Virus record (IMG/VR): IMGVR_UViG_3300020042_010754
Span: 1 to 50,343 of that record
Source of the DNA: a virus
Lineage: Duplodnaviria > Caudoviricetes
Reading direction: 5' to 3' (one strand)
Length of the DNA: 50,343 nt
Positions within the stretch are counted from its first letter, which is position 1. Each line of letters begins with the position of its first letter. The notes under the pieces were generated by a model. It did no database searches. It was not told where the DNA came from and saw only the letters and a list, made by a program, of their open reading frames with translations. This document shows, in pieces, positions 1 through 9,525 of the stretch. Position numbers and translations under genes: made by a program.

Positions 1-1
1 C

Positions 2-673
2 AAATGGAGTTACCGCATGGCTCCCAGTGCCGACGATAAAAAGTACGCCACTGACACACGCAAATGGGCCACAGGAGTTGTTGCGGATGGTATCTACGAT
101 CGCTGGGAAGATTCTCCCATAAGTGACATGTTGACAATGAAGGACATCTGTATCTACAAGGCAGGCGTTGCTAAAGCAGGTGTTGTACTTACAGAAGAAA
201 ACTTTCAAGATCCTAAGTTGTATGATGTGTTGCCCGATCAAAACAAAAACAACAAATGGGGCAAGACAAGTTGGGACAGTTTTAGTTATGCCTTGCTCAT
301 GGGTCATAATGTCTGGACACACTTGACTGCGGTACAAGAAGCCAATAGACGCTTTGATGCTGGTGAACATCCTGCTATGATGCAGCATAGCAAAGGTGAC
401 TATGCCAAGTTTGAAGACATTGTTGATCGTATCTTTTCAGCGTCAACCAAAGAAGACAGCCTAGCCGAAATTGAAAAGTATGGTGGCGATAATGGATACT
501 GGACTGAAATTGTGGGCACCCGAGGATTCAAAGGCAAAAAGGCGGTGAATGCCCGAACACAATTCAAGGCACTGTTTGATTTAGAAGAATCCGAGGTTGA
601 CTCAATCACAGATGATGTAGTACAATTGAATGAAGCAGCACTAGATCAACTTGAAAACGAGCAGGCAAAATGA
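2..673 (+). CDS. C-terminal part of putative TGT/DpdA-like (7-deazaguanine transglycosylase-like) protein, 5' truncated by window
   Basis: Frame is open back to the window start (KWSYRM...). Late HN motif (LLMGHNVWTH) resembles the TGT/DpdA C-terminal helix. Lies beside QueD/FolE/QueE genes. Confidence 0.45.
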   Translation, partial: KWSYRMAPSADDKKYATDTRKWATGVVADGIYDRWEDSPISDMLTMKDICIYKAGVAKAGVVLTEENFQDPKLYDVLPDQNKNNKWGKTSWDSFSYALLMGHNVWTHLTAVQEANRRFDAGEHPAMMQHSKGDYAKFEDIVDRIFSASTKEDSLAEIEKYGGDNGYWTEIVGTRGFKGKKAVNARTQFKALFDLEESEVDSITDDVVQLNEAALDQLENEQAK

Positions 674-1179
674 TTAGACCAGATCACAACGAATTAGTAA
701 AGTTTTTTACTGGCACAGAGATAGAACATACTCCTGCATTGGGAAAGAAAACTCTGTTTGTGGTAGGTGTGCAAACAGTAGATGATATTGCCATACACCT
801 GTTGGGTTGTGAACACATCTACTTTGGTGCCAACCATAGTTTTCCTAACATCAGTACCAACGATGCAATACAATGGGAACGGTGGGAAAATATGATACGG
901 CCATTCCTGGACAAAGGTTATCTATGTACATTGGACATAGATGTTCAGTGTGTAGAAGGCTTGCTAGAAAGCGGATTTACCGAACATCACAACTTCATTC
1001 CCATGATATCGGTCAAGCTGCCTTACATACGTCAGCTGGGCTACAATGCCACACTCAAACTGGACGACAAGGACTTTGACGCTACCAATCCCGGAGTGTG
1101 GTGTCACAGTATACACAAATTACAAAATCGCACAGCATTTACTGACTGGTCTAAATATACCAAGGACGAAACATTATGA
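670..1179 (+). CDS. Conserved phage hypothetical protein (FFTGTEIEHTP...HIYFGANHSF)
   Basis: 169-aa ORF with ATGA coupling to both neighbours. Confidence 0.8.
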   Translation: MIRPDHNELVKFFTGTEIEHTPALGKKTLFVVGVQTVDDIAIHLLGCEHIYFGANHSFPNISTNDAIQWERWENMIRPFLDKGYLCTLDIDVQCVEGLLESGFTEHHNFIPMISVKLPYIRQLGYNATLKLDDKDFDATNPGVWCHSIHKLQNRTAFTDWSKYTKDETL

Positions 1180-1628
1180 ATCAACGAGAACAATCACTAG
1201 AAGAGACCCGTAGCAGAATCATGCAGCATGCCAAACGACAAATTTGGGTTACGTTCCAAAAAGAAGGCATTCATTGCTATCCAGCAGCAGCAACTGATCC
1301 TGCCTTGGCCACAGGCGACGAATACGATGTTAGTTTTCTTGCTTCCCCACACCGTCACATCTTTCACTTTCAAGTCTGGATTGACGTGGTACACAATGAC
1401 CGCGACATTGAGTTTATTCAATTCAAACGTTGGTTGGAAAATCTGTATCGTAATGATACTCTGCAACTGGATCACAAAAGTTGCGAAATGATCAGTGACG
1501 ATCTGTACGTTCAAATTGCAGCAAAGTATCCAGATCGTAGTGTCTGGATTGAAGTGTCCGAAGATGGTGAAAACGGAGCACTTGTCAAGTATGAAACTCA
1601 CCGGCCCCATCAATCTATCAATATCTAA
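1176..1628 (+). CDS. QueD-like / 6-pyruvoyl-tetrahydropterin synthase-like T-fold protein
   Basis: EGIHCYP, HRHIFHF His cluster, SCEMI, IEVSEDGENG pattern of PTPS/QueD-like proteins. Confidence 0.65.
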   Translation: MNQREQSLEETRSRIMQHAKRQIWVTFQKEGIHCYPAAATDPALATGDEYDVSFLASPHRHIFHFQVWIDVVHNDRDIEFIQFKRWLENLYRNDTLQLDHKSCEMISDDLYVQIAAKYPDRSVWIEVSEDGENGALVKYETHRPHQSINI

Positions 1629-1639
1629 TAGGAGCCATC

Positions 1640-1867
1640 ATGGCCAAATTGTCTTTTAAACCCAACCCCCGTGTGGCTGAGATCTTCAATGATCTTGAAG
1701 CGTACCTGGAATTTTGCCAGGACTACGGATATCGTTACAGCGAAAGCGACCTCTACAACTTCAAGAGCTATGCATGGCAACAGTTCAACAAGTGGCACCA
1801 AGGCAAGAATGCCAGGAACATGTGGCACGAAGACACTCGTCGACTTGCGGGGCATCGTCCAGCATGA
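1640..1867 (+). CDS. Hypothetical protein
   Basis: AGGAG RBS, 75 aa. Confidence 0.8.
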   Translation: MAKLSFKPNPRVAEIFNDLEAYLEFCQDYGYRYSESDLYNFKSYAWQQFNKWHQGKNARNMWHEDTRRLAGHRPA

Positions 1868-2253
1868 GTGGGTCTCGAGAAAAAGATTCGGCAGATTTTG
1901 ATCTCGAGCGTTTTGTTGACATGTTTGACGAAGCACTGACCAGTCAAGATCCTCGAGTGATGGATTCATTGCGCAGTCTCATGATGATGGTGACCTTGAC
2001 TCGTCCTGAAATCAAAACAGAACACAGTCGCCGAGACGGGCCGCTAAGAAGATTGTTTGAAGATATGAACCATCTAAATAGACGTATGCATGACATGGAA
2101 GAAAAAGTCAATAACATGGGTCGATCTAGTGATTCGGCTGAAAAATATGCATACACCCATTATCCTGACAAAAAATATGCCATGGCTGCTGCACAGACCA
2201 GGGCAGCGCAAATAGATCAAGATGTATTGAATCGAGTACAAGGACTAAAATGA
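1864..2253 (+). CDS. Hypothetical protein (start reassigned to MSGSREK)
   Basis: ATGA overlap with the upstream stop. Confidence 0.7.
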   Translation: MSGSREKDSADFDLERFVDMFDEALTSQDPRVMDSLRSLMMMVTLTRPEIKTEHSRRDGPLRRLFEDMNHLNRRMHDMEEKVNNMGRSSDSAEKYAYTHYPDKKYAMAAAQTRAAQIDQDVLNRVQGLK

Positions 2254-2313
2254 GAAAACTATATTACATGTGGCACGAAGACACTCGTCGATTTGCTGGA
2301 AGACTCTAATAAG

Positions 2314-3018
2314 ATGAAATTTGTATACACTGGGCCAAGTTGGGCAGCCTCAAGCTACCCAGTGGACAATAAATCAACTAATCTTGCTAAAGAATGGAGC
2401 ATACCATATCTTAACTATTCAATGCCAGGTAGTAATGTTTTGTCTCAGGTGGCACTAGTAGATAAAGTTAAGTCTTTACCAATAGTATGGGTTTATCACG
2501 AACCAATAGGCTGTTTAACTGAAGCCACTGGACTATCAAAAGAACAACTTATACAACGAGCAGACTGGAGAGATGTGTGGGAAGATTGCAATCAATTTTG
2601 TTTAAAAGCAATCAATGACCTAAATAGACCTGTATTGTTGATTGGTGCTCATAGCGATATTGTTAATTGTGATTATAAAAATATCACTGTGTCGCACTCA
2701 AGTTGGCAAAAATTTCTGGCGCATCAAGCCGGAATGCCTATTAAAGATAACACAGTTAATGTTAAAATGGATGATGGCGGTGATTTTTTTGTTAGCACTT
2801 GCTGGGGCGCAGAAGTGTTACATAGGTTCATGCACGAAAATCCTCACATAATACCATCAGTAGAAGTTACAAACGCTGTTTGGGACATTTTCTTCTTTTG
2901 GAAAGAATTAGAAAAAGCAGATTTGTTTTTTGATGTTCATCCTAACTATCGCGGAAACATATTATTTGCAGAACATTTAAAACCAAATGTAGCTAAATTT
3001 TTACAGGAAAATCAATGA
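2314..3018 (+). CDS. SGNH/GDSL-like hypothetical protein (AT-rich insert)
   Basis: N-terminal TGPSW and C-terminal DVHPN, like SGNH blocks I and V. Confidence 0.5.
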   Translation: MKFVYTGPSWAASSYPVDNKSTNLAKEWSIPYLNYSMPGSNVLSQVALVDKVKSLPIVWVYHEPIGCLTEATGLSKEQLIQRADWRDVWEDCNQFCLKAINDLNRPVLLIGAHSDIVNCDYKNITVSHSSWQKFLAHQAGMPIKDNTVNVKMDDGGDFFVSTCWGAEVLHRFMHENPHIIPSVEVTNAVWDIFFFWKELEKADLFFDVHPNYRGNILFAEHLKPNVAKFLQENQ

Positions 3019-4217
3019 GAAAACTATTTTACATGGGCTTGGAAAGTTATGAAGCCCGCTACACACTACAGCTAACAGAATGGAACCGGCGTGTGTTTGA
3101 TCGTCGAGGCCTTGATGTGGTGTATGTGCCTGGTGAAACACTAGACAACAGCAAAAGCATTGTGGTAGGTCAGGTGCTGGACGCACATGGTCGCAGTTAC
3201 TTTGGCATGAGCCAAATGATGAATCTGGTTCGAATGATGCGTGAAGGCGAAGTTACAAGTGAAGATGTGATCTACTTTGAGGACATGTTCCAGCCAGGCA
3301 TTGAGAGCTTGCCATACATCATGGATCAAATTCCCGCCAACATGCGACCACGTGTGTATGTACGCTGTTTGGCACAGGCAATTGATCCCGATGACTTTGT
3401 TCATGTATGGGGCATGGAAAAGTGGATGGGCTTGTATGAAAAAATGGTCAATGAGTTTGTGACAGGTGTGCTGGCTACCAACGAAGAAATGGTTGCTCAC
3501 ATGCGTATTGCAGGGTGGACTGCTCCTATCTACAACATCTCAGGACTGGCATTTGGCAAAGCGGAAGTACTAGAACGCATTGGTGGTGCAGAAAACATCC
3601 GACCGTTCCCGGAGCGCAAGCGGCGTGTGGGTTTTGCAGCCAGATTTGACCAAGAGAAGCAGCCCGGCTTCTTCATGGATTTGATTGAGATGTACGGTGA
3701 ACTCACTAGCGAGCCTTGCGAGTTTGCCATCTACTCCGGCGGTGCATTGCGCAGCAACAACCCTGAATTTGTAACCCGTGCTAGACAAATGGAAGCAGCC
3801 GGCAAGTTAAAAATCTACGACAACATCACAAAAAATGATTACTATGCTCACCTTAATGATACTCGTGTGCTGTTTAATTGCGCCCTTCAAGATTGGGTTT
3901 CAAACACAGTCAGTGAAGCAGATACTCTTGGGTGTAATGTTCTATATCCTGCTTATAGGTCTTTCCCTGAAACTTTTTCTAATGACCCTAACAGGCTCTA
4001 TGTTCCTTGGAGTATAGATGATGCTTATCACAAGATGCAAAATCTCCTGCGTGAACCACATCACAACATGGGCTTGATCAGTAACTGGAACAACGGCACA
4101 GTTGATCGCGTAATTGATATCATTGAAGGCCGGGGCGAGCAATGGAATCGTGCAGGCAATCGATATCGTGATCATGTTGCTGCGGAAAAATATCATGTGA
4201 AAAAAATTAAATCATGA
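3015..4217 (+). CDS. GT-B fold (GT4-like) glycosyltransferase
   Basis: FAARFDQEKQP and SNTVSEADTLGCNVLYP motifs typical of GT4 C-terminal domains. Confidence 0.7.
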   Translation: MRKLFYMGLESYEARYTLQLTEWNRRVFDRRGLDVVYVPGETLDNSKSIVVGQVLDAHGRSYFGMSQMMNLVRMMREGEVTSEDVIYFEDMFQPGIESLPYIMDQIPANMRPRVYVRCLAQAIDPDDFVHVWGMEKWMGLYEKMVNEFVTGVLATNEEMVAHMRIAGWTAPIYNISGLAFGKAEVLERIGGAENIRPFPERKRRVGFAARFDQEKQPGFFMDLIEMYGELTSEPCEFAIYSGGALRSNNPEFVTRARQMEAAGKLKIYDNITKNDYYAHLNDTRVLFNCALQDWVSNTVSEADTLGCNVLYPAYRSFPETFSNDPNRLYVPWSIDDAYHKMQNLLREPHHNMGLISNWNNGTVDRVIDIIEGRGEQWNRAGNRYRDHVAAEKYHVKKIKS

Positions 4218-4218
4218 T

Positions 4219-5064
4219 ATGCAACTAGATGCTGTAAAATGGGTGCATGTAGAGGCTAGCTCAAAATGCAATGCATGGTGCCCAGCCTGTTCAAGAAACA
4301 ATTATGGGTTCGGTCTTGCACCTGGATTGATTGAACAAGATCTGGATCCAACTATTTTTAAAAATATTGTTTTGCAGTTGCCAAATTTGTATGGTGTACA
4401 ATTATGTGGCAATCATGGTGATCCGATAGCATCAAAGCATTTCAATGAAATTATTGATATTTCAAAAAAACATGCTAAAAAAATACAGATTCATACCAAT
4501 GGCGGATTGAGAAGTGCCAGTTGGTGGAAAAAATTAGCAGCTAGATTAGAAAAGGTTGAACACGATGTCTGGTTTGGCATCGACGGCCTGGCCGGGGTTC
4601 ATGAGATATATCGGCAAGGTACAGATTTTGACAAGGTAATTGAGAACGCACAATCTTTTATCAACAACGGGGGTTATGCAACTTGGCAGTTTATTCCATA
4701 TCTGCACAACGAGCATCAGCTGATGGAATGCATGAAATTAAGCCAAACATTGAATTTTAAAAAATTCAAATTGGCAAAACTTTATCGAACTCAGACCATT
4801 GCAAAAAATTACAAGACTGGGGAAGAATTTGATCTGTTGCCTACCACTAAATTTAGTTCAGTTATCAACATCAACTTAATAAAAAAAACAGCCAAGCCTG
4901 AAAACTGTATGCATTTGTCAATGCCCAGCATATACATTTCAGCCAGTGGTTCTTTAAGCAGATGCTGTTATTTTTCTAAAATTGACCAATTTCAAACCCT
5001 AGACAATTTGTCAAACATATCTCTCAATTTAAACGATTCAAAATGTATCAAGGAGTGTGGATAA
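4219..5064 (+). CDS. Radical SAM protein with C-terminal Cys cluster
   Basis: CNAWCPAC, GNHGDP, HTNG, IDG motifs. Confidence 0.85.
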   Translation: MQLDAVKWVHVEASSKCNAWCPACSRNNYGFGLAPGLIEQDLDPTIFKNIVLQLPNLYGVQLCGNHGDPIASKHFNEIIDISKKHAKKIQIHTNGGLRSASWWKKLAARLEKVEHDVWFGIDGLAGVHEIYRQGTDFDKVIENAQSFINNGGYATWQFIPYLHNEHQLMECMKLSQTLNFKKFKLAKLYRTQTIAKNYKTGEEFDLLPTTKFSSVININLIKKTAKPENCMHLSMPSIYISASGSLSRCCYFSKIDQFQTLDNLSNISLNLNDSKCIKECG

Positions 5065-5065
5065 T

Positions 5066-6019
5066 ATGAAACAAACAATTATAGTAACCGGTGCCGCTGG
5101 TTATATAGGCGGTGAAATTGCTCTGCTGTTGAAAGATGCTGGACACACTGTGATTGGCATTGATCGTAGACCCTTGCCACGCCATCTTCAAGATGTCATG
5201 GAGTTTGTGCAAGCAGATTTTGACAGCGACGAATCTTATCGCAAGTTGATTTCCGTGCAGCCCACAGCCATTGTACACTGTGCGGGCACCAGCTTGGTTG
5301 GCCCCAGCATTCTGAACCCCAGCGATTACTACCACAACAACGTGGTCAAGACTCTCAACCTGCTGAACATTGTTATGAGTGCTGTGCCTCGAGCCAGATT
5401 TATCTTTAGTAGTAGTGCAGCAGTGTATGGTGAACCTGTCATGACTCCGTGTGACGAAGTTGATCCGCGGGAACCCATCAGCCCCTATGGCGAAAGCAAA
5501 CTGATGGTGGAACAGATCCTGGCGAGTTATCACCGTGCATATGGTCTGGACTATGTGGCATTTCGCTACTTCAATGCGTGTGGTGCAGACAGTCAGGGCC
5601 GTCACGGACAAGACCCGGGTGCGACACACATCATTGCCAGAGTGCTAGAAAGCATCCGGGACAATACAACATTTGTGCTCAACGGCATTGATTACCCCAC
5701 CCCCGACGGAACCTGTGTACGAGACTATGTGCATGTGGAAGATATTGCCCGAGCGCACATGATGGCGCTGGATTCAAAAGTCACAGCAGGCGTATACAAT
5801 CTTGGATCCAACAACGGAACCAGCAACAGAGAAATCATCGATACTGCACAACAGGTCACTGGCAATGCTGCGGTCGTTCAACTTGGTCAGGCGCGACCAG
5901 GTGATCCTCCTGTACTCACTGCCAGTGCTGCCAAGTTTAGAATGGCTGTGGGCTGGGCATGGCAAAAACATACTCTGCATGACATGATATCACATGCATG
6001 GACATGGTACAATCGATAA
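5066..6019 (+). CDS. galE: UDP-glucose 4-epimerase
   Basis: TGAAGYIG, SSSAAVYG, YGESK, RYFNACGA, DGTCVRDYVHV. Confidence 0.92.
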   Translation: MKQTIIVTGAAGYIGGEIALLLKDAGHTVIGIDRRPLPRHLQDVMEFVQADFDSDESYRKLISVQPTAIVHCAGTSLVGPSILNPSDYYHNNVVKTLNLLNIVMSAVPRARFIFSSSAAVYGEPVMTPCDEVDPREPISPYGESKLMVEQILASYHRAYGLDYVAFRYFNACGADSQGRHGQDPGATHIIARVLESIRDNTTFVLNGIDYPTPDGTCVRDYVHVEDIARAHMMALDSKVTAGVYNLGSNNGTSNREIIDTAQQVTGNAAVVQLGQARPGDPPVLTASAAKFRMAVGWAWQKHTLHDMISHAWTWYNR

Positions 6020-6020
6020 C

Positions 6021-6608
6021 ATGTTCGATAAGATTCTAAAGTTTGAACATGCGCTGGCAGAGTTCACTGGCGCACCTTATGTGATCATGACTGATTGCTG
6101 CACCCATGCCATTGAACTTTGTCTACGGCATGATCGAATACGAAGTTGTAGCTTCACTGCATTTACCTATCTAAGCATAGCCATGACCATGCACAAACTG
6201 GGCATCAAATACAGCCTGGAAAACGAAGTCTGGACTGGTGAGTATCACATTCATGATACTCGGATCTGGGACAGTGCTAGACGACTGGAAAAAAACATGT
6301 ATCGACCCGGCACCATGCAGTGTCTGAGTTTTGGACATGGTAAACCATTACACATTGGTCGCGGTGGTGCCATCTTGTTGGATGACTTGGCAGCATACGA
6401 GACCATGATCCGTCAACGATATGATGGCCGCGACCTAAATACATCACCCTGGCAAACACAACACACATTTCAAATTGGGTACCACTACAAACCCACACCC
6501 GAAGAAGCTGTTCAAGGCCTGGCCATGTTGGTAGGTATCAAAGAACAAGGCTGTGTGCCTGTACATGTCGCCTACCCAGATTTAAGAACTATTACCATAG
6601 TAGATTGA
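6021..6608 (+). CDS. Short DegT/DnrJ/EryC1/StrS-like aminotransferase
   Basis: FEHALAEFTG, CTHAIEL, DSA, SFGHGKPL..GRGGAI; about half the usual length. Confidence 0.7.
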   Translation: MFDKILKFEHALAEFTGAPYVIMTDCCTHAIELCLRHDRIRSCSFTAFTYLSIAMTMHKLGIKYSLENEVWTGEYHIHDTRIWDSARRLEKNMYRPGTMQCLSFGHGKPLHIGRGGAILLDDLAAYETMIRQRYDGRDLNTSPWQTQHTFQIGYHYKPTPEEAVQGLAMLVGIKEQGCVPVHVAYPDLRTITIVD

Positions 6609-6634
6609 CTTTGCAGTCTAAATACTATACAATT
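6606..6634 (+). promoter_or_regulatory. sigma70-type promoter with embedded TAAATA late box, upstream of folE
   Basis: TTGACT-17-TACAAT, with CTAAATA in the spacer. Confidence 0.65.
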
Positions 6635-6674
6635 AACAAAACGCAATCCACTGCGTCAACATCGGAGAATACAA

Positions 6675-7523
6675 TTGACAAAAGAATTTGTACCAGAAAA
6701 AATGCTGCACAATGCAGCCGAATTTGCGCCAGATAAACTGCTGCATCCTGGCGCCGAACTTGTGCCAGATGACACAGCAACTCCGCCAGCAACTGCACTA
6801 GCTGTCATGGCCGGAGATGGTGGCTACCAAGAAGAAAAATACCTGGGCAATTATCTTCGCGCAAAAATGAAACGTGACAACAAACGTTTCTGGGCAGGCG
6901 ATAACATCAGCGAGTATGTCACAGAAGAAAATAAAGAACGCTTGATCGATGAAGCTGCTGAAGCATTTGAAACAGTGCTGGATCGACTGCTGATCGATCG
7001 TGACGACGATCCCAACTCCAAAGGCACAGCAAGACGCTTGGCCAAGATGTATTTTAACGAAGTAATGGCAGGTAGATATGAACCAGCACCAGATGCAACA
7101 GCTTTTCCAAATGATAGCGCCGACCGCTACGAAGGCATGCTTGTGGTTCGAAGTGAGCTACGGTCCATGTGCTCTCATCATCACCAGCCTGTATCTGGGG
7201 TTGCCTACATCGGTATCATTGCCGCTAATAAACTCATTGGTCTTTCTAAATATACTCGTATCGCACAATGGTGTTCTCGTCGAGGAACACTACAAGAAGA
7301 ACTCTGCAACGATATTGCAAGAGAAATCTCAAAAGCAACCGACAGCGAAAATGTAGCAGTGTACATTCAGGCCACACATGGCTGTTGTGAGAATCGAGGC
7401 ATCATGGCACATTCGAGTCTAACACAGACCACAGTGCTCAAAGGTGCATTCAAGTCGGATCAAAGTGTCAAGAAAGAGTTCTTTGACAATATCAAACTAC
7501 AACAGGACTTTGCACCACGATGA
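6675..7523 (+). CDS. folE: GTP cyclohydrolase I
   Basis: SMCSHHHQP, GLSKYTR, LQEEL, HGCCENRG; TTG start after GGAG. Confidence 0.95.
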   Translation: MTKEFVPEKMLHNAAEFAPDKLLHPGAELVPDDTATPPATALAVMAGDGGYQEEKYLGNYLRAKMKRDNKRFWAGDNISEYVTEENKERLIDEAAEAFETVLDRLLIDRDDDPNSKGTARRLAKMYFNEVMAGRYEPAPDATAFPNDSADRYEGMLVVRSELRSMCSHHHQPVSGVAYIGIIAANKLIGLSKYTRIAQWCSRRGTLQEELCNDIAREISKATDSENVAVYIQATHGCCENRGIMAHSSLTQTTVLKGAFKSDQSVKKEFFDNIKLQQDFAPR

Positions 7524-7639
7524 AACAGTATATTTCCAATCAAGCTCGCACTGTGTTTTTGCCCTGGGAACCTGGCATGATTGAATGGTTGCATGCCAAC
7601 TATCCCCATAGTAGATATCATGTGGTGGAGGTTGCATGA
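7520..7639 (+). CDS. Small hypothetical protein (39 aa, MKQYISNQAR...)
   Basis: ATGA overlaps at both ends; too short for the ORF track. Confidence 0.6.
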   Translation: MKQYISNQARTVFLPWEPGMIEWLHANYPHSRYHVVEVA

Positions 7640-8040
7640 CTCGGTATGACACACTAGATGACGCCCGCGAAGCAGGAGTGGCGCCTTGGGATCAACGAGT
7701 AGATGATCTCAGTGACTACCATGTGACAGTGTTTGAGGATCGTTATCCGGTTACACCAGGTCACTTGTTGTTTGTTCCTGTATATAATACGCATCATGTG
7801 ATCAATGACGCTTTTGAAACTGCGTTACGATATGGTGAGAGAATGGTAAGGCTTGGTGAATGTGATGGTTACAACATTGGATTCAACTCTGGTGCAGCCG
7901 CTGGACAAACAGTGATGTATCCGCATATACATTTGATTCCCAGGCGTACAGGCGACTGCACAGATCCTGTGGGAGGAGTACGAGGCGTGATCCATGGTCA
8001 AGCCAACTATCATTCCGGTGGCTATCAGTTGCCGGCATAA
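7636..8040 (+). CDS. HIT family hydrolase
   Basis: PVTPGHLL and GQTVMYPHIHLIPR. Confidence 0.9.
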   Translation: MTRYDTLDDAREAGVAPWDQRVDDLSDYHVTVFEDRYPVTPGHLLFVPVYNTHHVINDAFETALRYGERMVRLGECDGYNIGFNSGAAAGQTVMYPHIHLIPRRTGDCTDPVGGVRGVIHGQANYHSGGYQLPA

Positions 8041-8050
8041 GTAATTATCA

Positions 8051-8120
8051 AGCGGTCTTGGCGTCACCCCGGTTTACAAATTCTGCCGCCTATGCTATAA
8101 TCTAACATAGGAGAAAAATA
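8051..8120 (+). promoter_or_regulatory. Riboswitch-like structured 5' leader of queD
   Basis: Pseudoknot-like pairings plus CCTATG/CATAGG stem overlapping the RBS. Confidence 0.45.
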
Positions 8121-8672
8121 ATGGCAAACTCATCAGTCGACTTAATTCGTCACTTGGAAGAAAACTTACAAAACACTAGACCAGTGAACTATAGGTACAC
8201 CAGCACAAAAGAATATCACGATTCTTTTCCCTGCGCTTATAGACAATGGCGTGCTGATAGTCACTGTAATCTAATACACGGCTACAGCTTCAACATGAAG
8301 TTTTACTTTGGCACCAACGATCTAGATGCTCGCAACTGGGCCGCTGACTACGGCGGGCTTAAAGAACTCAAATCTGTGTTGGAAAGTCAATTTGATCACA
8401 CCCTGCTGGTAGCAGAGGACGATCCTGAATTGGCGTTTTACAAAGAGATGGAAAAACGCAAGTTGGCCAAATTAACAATTCTGCCCAAACTGGGCTGCGA
8501 AGGCTTGGCAGATCAGCTGTACAAATATGTCAATGGTGTTTACATTCCAGACATGTGGGGTCAAGCTGAATCCAAACGCTTGTGGTGCTATCGGGTTGAA
8601 GTGCGCGAGACACAAGCCAACATGGCGTTCCGCGAAGGACATCGTGAGTGGAATGAAGATTTATTTGAATAA
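8121..8672 (+). CDS. queD: 6-carboxy-5,6,7,8-tetrahydropterin synthase
   Basis: HCNLIHGYS, DYGGLK, FDH, GCEGLA, VEVRET. Confidence 0.85.
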   Translation: MANSSVDLIRHLEENLQNTRPVNYRYTSTKEYHDSFPCAYRQWRADSHCNLIHGYSFNMKFYFGTNDLDARNWAADYGGLKELKSVLESQFDHTLLVAEDDPELAFYKEMEKRKLAKLTILPKLGCEGLADQLYKYVNGVYIPDMWGQAESKRLWCYRVEVRETQANMAFREGHREWNEDLFE

Positions 8673-8681
8673 GAGAACCCA

Positions 8682-9518
8682 ATGGATTTCAAGTACGATA
8701 TTGCAATATTGCTGGCCACTCGTGGCCGCACCACAAGCCTTGACCGTAGCATCAAGAGCCTGGTAGAGATGGCCTCAGATATCAGTCGTGTGCAACTGAT
8801 GTTTGCCTTTGATCACGATGATGATGTAGGATTTGCTTTCTTTGTTGATCAACTACAACCCTGGTTGGATAGTCACAACGTTACATACACTGCTATGAAG
8901 TTTGAACGCATGGGCTACGTGAATCTGCACAAGTACAACAATGCCATGGCCAAACAAACCAACTCTCGCTGGTTGGTGATCTGGAATGACGATGCTGTGA
9001 TGCAAAGTGCTGGCTGGGATGATACAATCATGAGTCATGAAGGCGAGTTCAAACTACTGAGCTTTTGTACTCACAACATGCATCCGTATAGTATCTTTCC
9101 TATTGTGCCGCGCAAGTGGTATGAGTTGTTGGGCTACATCAGTCCACATCCCACACAAGATGGTTGGGTAAGTCAACAGGCATACATGTTGGACATTTAT
9201 CTACGCATACCAGTGAATGTGCTGCATGATCGATTTGACTTGACTGGCAACAACAACGATGACATTTTTAACAATCGTCCCATGTTGGAGGGCAAGCCCT
9301 TGGATCCCAACGATTTTCACAGTGTACAAATGATTGATCTTAGACATCAAGACTGCGCCAAACTTGCCATGCACATGCGTAACGTTGGTGCAAGTACTGA
9401 GTTCTTTGAAAACATTTTTAAAGGCACACAAGATCCCTGGCAACGACTAGCGGAAAATGACATCAACAGTCAAATGGTGCAGTTTGATAATCCGCACAGG
9501 CATTTTAAAAAAGTGTAA
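8682..9518 (+). CDS. GT-A (GT2-like) glycosyltransferase
   Basis: ILLATRGR start, WNDD DxD-like motif. Confidence 0.7.
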   Translation: MDFKYDIAILLATRGRTTSLDRSIKSLVEMASDISRVQLMFAFDHDDDVGFAFFVDQLQPWLDSHNVTYTAMKFERMGYVNLHKYNNAMAKQTNSRWLVIWNDDAVMQSAGWDDTIMSHEGEFKLLSFCTHNMHPYSIFPIVPRKWYELLGYISPHPTQDGWVSQQAYMLDIYLRIPVNVLHDRFDLTGNNNDDIFNNRPMLEGKPLDPNDFHSVQMIDLRHQDCAKLAMHMRNVGASTEFFENIFKGTQDPWQRLAENDINSQMVQFDNPHRHFKKV

Positions 9519-9525
9519 ATACTCA

